From: Candidatus Heimdallarchaeota archaeon
Lineage (GTDB): Archaea > Asgardarchaeota > Heimdallarchaeia > JABLTI01
NCBI GenBank assembly: GCA_018238155.1
Contig: JABCTZ010000017.1
Span: 32,001-96,000 of the forward strand
Length of the DNA stretch: 64,000 nt
Direction: 5' to 3'
In this document: positions 58,705 to 64,000 of the stretch, in pieces
Layout: each line of letters starts with the position of its first letter
How positions within the stretch are numbered: position 1 is the stretch's first letter
Notes under the pieces: generated by a model
What the model was told of the DNA's origin: nothing
The model's database searches: none
Seen by the model: the letters and a program-made list of their open reading frames with translations, nothing else
Made by a program: the position numbers and the translations under genes

Positions 58705-59301
58705 TTACTTCTTTTTTTTCTTTCCAACTTTTTCCTTCGCAGCAATCGCTTCTTCTGCATTAGTAACCATAGATTTTATCAACTTACCGAAAACCTTCTT
58801 GATAGTTTCACCCGTTTTTGCAGATGTTTCAAGATAGGGGATTTTATACCCAAATTCTTTTGACTTTTTTGAAGCTAATGCTTTTCCTTCTGTGACTGAT
58901 ACCTGTCGGTTCTCCAAATCAATTTTATTACCAATGAGGATAATTGGTATAGCTATACAGTTGTCTTTGACTTCCTTAAACCACATATCAAGGTTCTCAA
59001 AGGAAACCTTGTTCGTCACATCAAAAACTACTAGACAACCTAACGCTCCACGATAATAGAGTGGACGAATCTTAGAAAAACGCTCCTGACCACCTGTGTC
59101 CCAAATTTGACATTTAACTTTCTTGCCACCAATTATCATCCGTTTTATTGAGAAATCGACTCCAATGGTCATTTTATAGCTATCTTGAAATTTATCTTCT
59201 GTAAATCTGAGAGAAAGAGCAGTTTTCCCTACGGCACCATCACCTACAATAATTGTTTTGAACAAGTAGTCGAATTGTGAAAGTAGTGCATCTTTGGACA
59301 A
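58705..59301 (-). CDS. Rab-like small GTPase
   Basis: FDYLFK, GDGAVGKT, TIGVDF, QIWDTGGQERF, YYRGA, GNKID, ETSAK. Confidence 0.93.
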   Translation of the reverse strand: MSKDALLSQFDYLFKTIIVGDGAVGKTALSLRFTEDKFQDSYKMTIGVDFSIKRMIIGGKKVKCQIWDTGGQERFSKIRPLYYRGALGCLVVFDVTNKVSFENLDMWFKEVKDNCIAIPIILIGNKIDLENRQVSVTEGKALASKKSKEFGYKIPYLETSAKTGETIKKVFGKLIKSMVTNAEEAIAAKEKVGKKKKK

Positions 59302-59572
59302 TTTTTTCCATCCTTTATCTATAGTTATTCTTATCTATTTTTGAAATCGATTATTTATGAATGTCATAAAGTATAATGAAAACGTAAAAAACCTTTGCTT
59401 CTGGTACTTTTTCATTTTTTTGGTATATTTTCATCCGTTTCTCTATTGTTTAGTTCCTAAAAAGCTACTTGTCAATATTATTTGTCAATTAAGTTTATTT
59501 GTGATGAAATCTCTTTATTTACAGTTGTAAATATAATTTCAAGTTACAATCATAGGAGATTTCAATTGGTCA

Positions 59573-60481
59573 ATGTCAAACATGGACGAGATTTTTGATG
59601 CCGCATTTGTCGGTGCACCTGGTGATAAAATCCTTTTACCTTTGATGGGATATCCTTCAGAGCGCGATGCGATTTTCATTGCTTTGGTTGCTGCTGAATA
59701 TTTTGGAAGTGATTTGCACATTCTTCATATTGTAAGCAAAAACAGTAATGCTGAGCGCTATTTCAAAGAGCAAATAAACTGGTTACAAGAGAAAGCTGAA
59801 AGATTGAAAGTCAAAGTAAATATTAATATCAAAGATTCACTCTTTAATATCCACCTTCATCAAGTTATTCTAAACGAAATTAAAACCATTAATCCTAATT
59901 TGACTTTTATGATGAGTCGCCGAAAAGGTCTTTTTCAAAGATTTAGGGGAAGCATTGCTGAGCGTGTTGCTCGTGCGAGCCCAACTTCAGTAGTTATTAT
60001 ACGTTCTCCCATAAAAGATTGGACTACCTATGGTGATCATCTTGAACCAAGACGAATAATCGTTCCTATTGGCACTGATTCTCCATGTGAATTACTTGCC
60101 ACCCAGTTAGCTATTGCTCTTGCTAATGCTGGAAAAACACAAGATGCAGAAATAATTCTCTTACATGTCATTGTTATTCCTGAAACCGTACCAATAGATA
60201 CCACTAATGATGAGATGCTTGTTGAACAAGAGCTGAAATTCATTAAACAAGCTGGAAAATTCAGTACACTTCTTCTCTTTCCTATGAAATCAAAAGTGAT
60301 TGTTGGAAGAGATATCGGTCGTTCTGTTAGCCAATATGTCAATAAAGTGCATGCTGATATGGTAGTGATGGGTGTCCCTTATTTGCCAAGAAAATTCTCA
60401 GGTTTGTACGGAACTGATACAAATGAAATCTATCATAAGAGTAAATGCCCTGTAGCAATGGTTTTCAGAAAAAAAAGCTAA
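59573..60481 (+). CDS. Tandem universal stress protein
   Basis: Two USP repeats, GSIAERV.R..P..V. Confidence 0.85.
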   Translation: MSNMDEIFDAAFVGAPGDKILLPLMGYPSERDAIFIALVAAEYFGSDLHILHIVSKNSNAERYFKEQINWLQEKAERLKVKVNINIKDSLFNIHLHQVILNEIKTINPNLTFMMSRRKGLFQRFRGSIAERVARASPTSVVIIRSPIKDWTTYGDHLEPRRIIVPIGTDSPCELLATQLAIALANAGKTQDAEIILLHVIVIPETVPIDTTNDEMLVEQELKFIKQAGKFSTLLLFPMKSKVIVGRDIGRSVSQYVNKVHADMVVMGVPYLPRKFSGLYGTDTNEIYHKSKCPVAMVFRKKS

Positions 60482-60617
60482 CTTTAGTAATTTCTGATAT
60501 TGATACTAAACAAAAGCATTAAAAGCTTCTCAAATTTGCTTCTCATTAGATAGTTAGTTAATTAGAGTTGTTTACATCTCTCTTATATTATAATAAATTA
60601 CTACGAAGGAACTTATA

Positions 60618-62108
60618 ATGAATTCTCATGATGAAACAAATACACCATTGGACTCGAAAGATCAACCAATTCAAACAAGTTCTAAACTAATCGAAGTTAT
60701 TGATACCGGTATTGTTTCTCAAAGAGAATTATCCAAAGAATTGGGTTTTAAAGAAGCGTTGAGTATTGGTCTAGGAGGTACAATTGGTGGAGGAGTATTT
60801 AGTGTTCTAGGAATAGCAGTAGGTTTTGCAGGTCCTGCAGCAATTCTTTCCTTTGCTTTTGGTGGAGTCTTGGGATTACTCGTTGGTTATTCCTATGTAA
60901 AATTAGCTTTAAAATACCAATCAGCAGGTGGAAGTTATACCTATGCCCGGGAAGCCTTTGGAGAATATTTTGGCGGTGCTTTTGGTTGGCTTTTATGGAC
61001 AGGTTATTTAGCTTCATGCTCATTATATGCCTATACTTTTGGTTCCTTCTTTGCACACATGATTCTCAATGAACATACATCATCGTTAGTCGTTGATATA
61101 GTCTCAGGTGTTTTTGCTGCAACTTTAATTACTCTAGCAACGGTCATTAACTTGGTTGGTGTAAAAGAAACTGGAAAATCTCAGAACATTATTGTATTAA
61201 TTAAAGTAATAATCTTGTTTGGTTTTGTAGCAATAACTATTCCTGCAGCAATAAAAAATGCCCCAGAACATTTAACTCCTTTTTTTGCTGACGGGGAAAG
61301 AAATCAGCTTGATGTTATAACTGGATTAGCAATGGCTGTAGTTGGCACATCAATATTATTTGTTGCTTTTGAAGGGATGGAATTAATTCCTAATGCTTCT
61401 GAAGAGATTCAAAACCCGGAAAAAAACATTCCTCGCTCAATTTATGGTACTGTAATAATTGCTACTATTATCTATCTCTTAGTTGCTTTTACGGCGCTGG
61501 GTGGTACAGATTATACGATTTTTGCCGGTGACCCTGAAAAAGCAGAATATGCTTTAGCTATCGCAGCAACTCCTGTGTTAGGTAAAACGGGATTCATAAT
61601 TATTACTCTTGGTGCTCTATTTTCAACTGCAAGTGCCTTTAATGCTTCTCTTTATGGTTCTTCTCGTATGACTTATGTTATGGCTCGAGATGGCATTTTT
61701 CCCCGATTCTTCAAAACTGTTTCAAAGAAAGGCCGAGTGCCTTACATTAGCATTTTATCTATCAGTGGATTAACCTTGGTATTTACTCTTGTATTAGATC
61801 TTAGGCAAATTGCTAATCTTGCAAGCTCGATATTTTTGTTATTGTTTGCAATAATATCATTATCAAGTTTAATTCTCCGTAAGAAAACAAAAGCAAACTT
61901 CATAATACCTCTTGTAGGATTCTTACTTACTACTGCCCTTTTTGGAATTTTTCTTTGGAACTTGATTGGTCAAGTTATTGTTGATGTTTCAGAGAATAAT
62001 TTTGGCGATTCATTTGTAACTATAATTCTACTACCATTACTAATTATTGTTATGACAATTGGTAGTGTTATTACAATTAAAACTCAAAAGAAGAAATTAC
62101 AAAATTAA
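60618..62108 (+). CDS. APC-family amino acid permease
   Basis: IGGGVF, GGSY.Y, F.AFEG.E, EI.NP.KNIPR, ~12 TM helices. Confidence 0.92.
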   Translation: MNSHDETNTPLDSKDQPIQTSSKLIEVIDTGIVSQRELSKELGFKEALSIGLGGTIGGGVFSVLGIAVGFAGPAAILSFAFGGVLGLLVGYSYVKLALKYQSAGGSYTYAREAFGEYFGGAFGWLLWTGYLASCSLYAYTFGSFFAHMILNEHTSSLVVDIVSGVFAATLITLATVINLVGVKETGKSQNIIVLIKVIILFGFVAITIPAAIKNAPEHLTPFFADGERNQLDVITGLAMAVVGTSILFVAFEGMELIPNASEEIQNPEKNIPRSIYGTVIIATIIYLLVAFTALGGTDYTIFAGDPEKAEYALAIAATPVLGKTGFIIITLGALFSTASAFNASLYGSSRMTYVMARDGIFPRFFKTVSKKGRVPYISILSISGLTLVFTLVLDLRQIANLASSIFLLLFAIISLSSLILRKKTKANFIIPLVGFLLTTALFGIFLWNLIGQVIVDVSENNFGDSFVTIILLPLLIIVMTIGSVITIKTQKKKLQN

Positions 62109-62127
62109 TCTCCTTTGGTGAATTTGG

Positions 62128-63201
62128 TTGTCTCCCTCCAAAAATAAAAAGAAAAATCCTTTGCCAAGGAATTATCATATCTTGCGTGTTATTCTAACAA
62201 ATACCAATGCACGAACCCTTGGATTTGAAAGGAATCCAGATTTTATACCAACAGTTCTTAATTCTGTTTTAACAGAGGCTTTGATTCTGTTTTTGCAAGA
62301 TGAATCAAAGAGACTTTCTCTCCTAACGAAATATGCAAAAGAATTAGCTACAACAGACTTGAGAACTAGGCAATTACATGAAACAAAAGAAGTAGTATTC
62401 AGTTTGCGTGAAACAGATTCAACATCTGATGATGCATTAGATTTCTTACAAGAAAAATTAACGCTCCTACAAACAGAGCGTGAGAATCACGACAAGTGTA
62501 TCTTAGTAAGAATAGAGGCTTTAGAACAAATACAATCTCAAGAAACATTACTTGAAGTTATTTCTTCTTTCGTTAGTGTTTTCTCATTTATTGAAACTAA
62601 CCACTGGGAAGCCGACTTAGATTATTTCCGAACTCGATTCCTCTTACAACGAGCGCAAGAGGAAGAAGATCAACGCTTGAAAGATGAATTCTTACCTGAA
62701 GAAACTGCTGTTCAACAATCAAAAGAGGGTTCTTCTCAGAATGTTCAACAAGTGACTAAAACGGAATATTTCTTCATTGCAATACATAAGAAATATTATC
62801 TGAAATTAAAGCACTTAACTCAAGAATACAATCAGATAAAATTATTACAGCATCCTGATTCCAGTGTCTCTCTTGAGGAAAAATCAGATGACGAACTTGA
62901 GGAATTGATTGCTCAACAAGAAAAGATTAGTTTTGTAGTTGGAAAGGAGATGTATACCTTGAAACGAGAACAAGGCATTTTAACTTTGAAAACATTTGAA
63001 CTTGTTCAAACACTGAAATCAAGATTACTCAATATCACAGGTTCAATTGCATCTAGACGTTTCATGAAAGCTGCTCTAGACGATTTGCTTGTCATTGTTA
63101 ATGATTCTGGAACTACTTTCGAAACTAAAATGGAAAAAACCACTAGAGATTTGAAAAGACTTCTTCGAATAGTAAGAAAAGAACCTTCAGAAGGGAAATA
63201 A
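62128..63201 (+). CDS. Hypothetical helical protein
   Basis: 357-aa ORF, no recognised motif. Confidence 0.65.
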   Translation: MSPSKNKKKNPLPRNYHILRVILTNTNARTLGFERNPDFIPTVLNSVLTEALILFLQDESKRLSLLTKYAKELATTDLRTRQLHETKEVVFSLRETDSTSDDALDFLQEKLTLLQTERENHDKCILVRIEALEQIQSQETLLEVISSFVSVFSFIETNHWEADLDYFRTRFLLQRAQEEEDQRLKDEFLPEETAVQQSKEGSSQNVQQVTKTEYFFIAIHKKYYLKLKHLTQEYNQIKLLQHPDSSVSLEEKSDDELEELIAQQEKISFVVGKEMYTLKREQGILTLKTFELVQTLKSRLLNITGSIASRRFMKAALDDLLVIVNDSGTTFETKMEKTTRDLKRLLRIVRKEPSEGK

Positions 63202-63323
63202 TATGGCTTACGGTTATTGATTTGTGTTCTTTTTTTCCCTCAAAAAAAGAGTCTTTTTACAAAAATTTTTGATAACATAGTTTTAAAAGAGTAAATAACG
63301 TGTTGTTGAATCAGTGAAAAATC

Positions 63324-64000
63324 ATGACTAAATTTATGAAATTCTCTACTGGAAATAAAATTCCTGCTTCTGAGAATATTTTAGAAGATATCCCACTCGT
63401 TGGAGAGATGTCATTCAATGAATTTGATACTTCCCAAGAAGGAATTAAAGGCAAACCAATAAGCTGCTCTAACTGTGGTGCAGTCCTTACTAATATCAAA
63501 AACATCGAAACAAGTGATAAAGTTGGCACCTTTTTCAAATGCCTATTTTGTTCAACAGTAAATGTAATTGATCCAAAGGATTTACCTACAAATATTGATA
63601 TCAATATAGATTGGTATATACCTCCTGATACAACCAAAGGTGATTTTGGTATTGGAATACAAAAAGGTAATTCCCTAATCGCCGCTCTAGATGTATCGGG
63701 TTCAATGAGAGGAGCAAAACTCGAAGGTGTAAAACAGAGTTTAATTTCAACACTAAAAGCTTATTCAACATCAAAACCCGACTCAATATTTGGAATGATA
63801 ACTTTTGAGAATGCATTAAGAATTTACTCTGCAGATGGTGAAATCGTAGAGCGATTATCTGGTGATATACTCTATAATGTGAAAGAAATTGAGAAAAAAG
63901 TTGCTGGAAATAGTTGGGTAAAGAAACAATTGCCTAAAATGACTATGAAAACTGTTGCTAAAGATTGGCAAAGAACAATACAAAAAATGGTTCCCCTTGG
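63324..64000 (+). CDS. Sec23/Sec24-like protein (Zn finger plus vWA), 3'-truncated by window; absent from ORF track
   Basis: Translated PISCSNCGAVL...FKCLFCSTVN...LIAALDVSGSM...VKQSL...FGMITF. Confidence 0.8.
   Translation, partial: MTKFMKFSTGNKIPASENILEDIPLVGEMSFNEFDTSQEGIKGKPISCSNCGAVLTNIKNIETSDKVGTFFKCLFCSTVNVIDPKDLPTNIDINIDWYIPPDTTKGDFGIGIQKGNSLIAALDVSGSMRGAKLEGVKQSLISTLKAYSTSKPDSIFGMITFENALRIYSADGEIVERLSGDILYNVKEIEKKVAGNSWVKKQLPKMTMKTVAKDWQRTIQKMVPL

Noticed and set aside
63311-63816. Minus-strand ORFs of 108 and 71 aa in the ORF track
   Set aside because: They are shadows of the plus-strand Sec23/24-like gene.

Overview
AT-rich, gene-dense chromosomal segment of an archaeon, almost certainly Asgard and plausibly Heimdallarchaeia. 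Archaeal core genes (hisS, rps19e-PDCD5-rpl39e-rpl31e, rlmE, trm1, rnhB, porGDAB) are interleaved with eukaryotic-signature proteins: a catalytically dead E2 (UEV) fused to a coiled coil and a Vps23/TSG101-like steadiness box, a Uba3-like E1 with a C-terminal E2-binding-like domain, an RPC34/TFEbeta-like Fe-S protein, Arf-like and Rab-like GTPases, and a Sec23/24-like Zn-finger+vWA gene cut by the window end. The accessory region (~28-54 kb) holds an eroded defence islet, a DegV plus divergent PlsY pair, three tandem circularly permuted family-5 substrate-binding proteins (gene-conversion-like tracts, one A11 frameshift), and a PadR plus headless-paralog module with shared operators. The best candidate for an undescribed system is an ArsR-controlled operon encoding a stand-alone HdrA-N-terminal-like domain, a ferredoxin, a DGC-GcvH (lipoyl carrier) fusion and two more DGC proteins. 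No rRNA, tRNA, CRISPR array or transposase was recognised. All family calls come from motif recognition by eye, not database searches.
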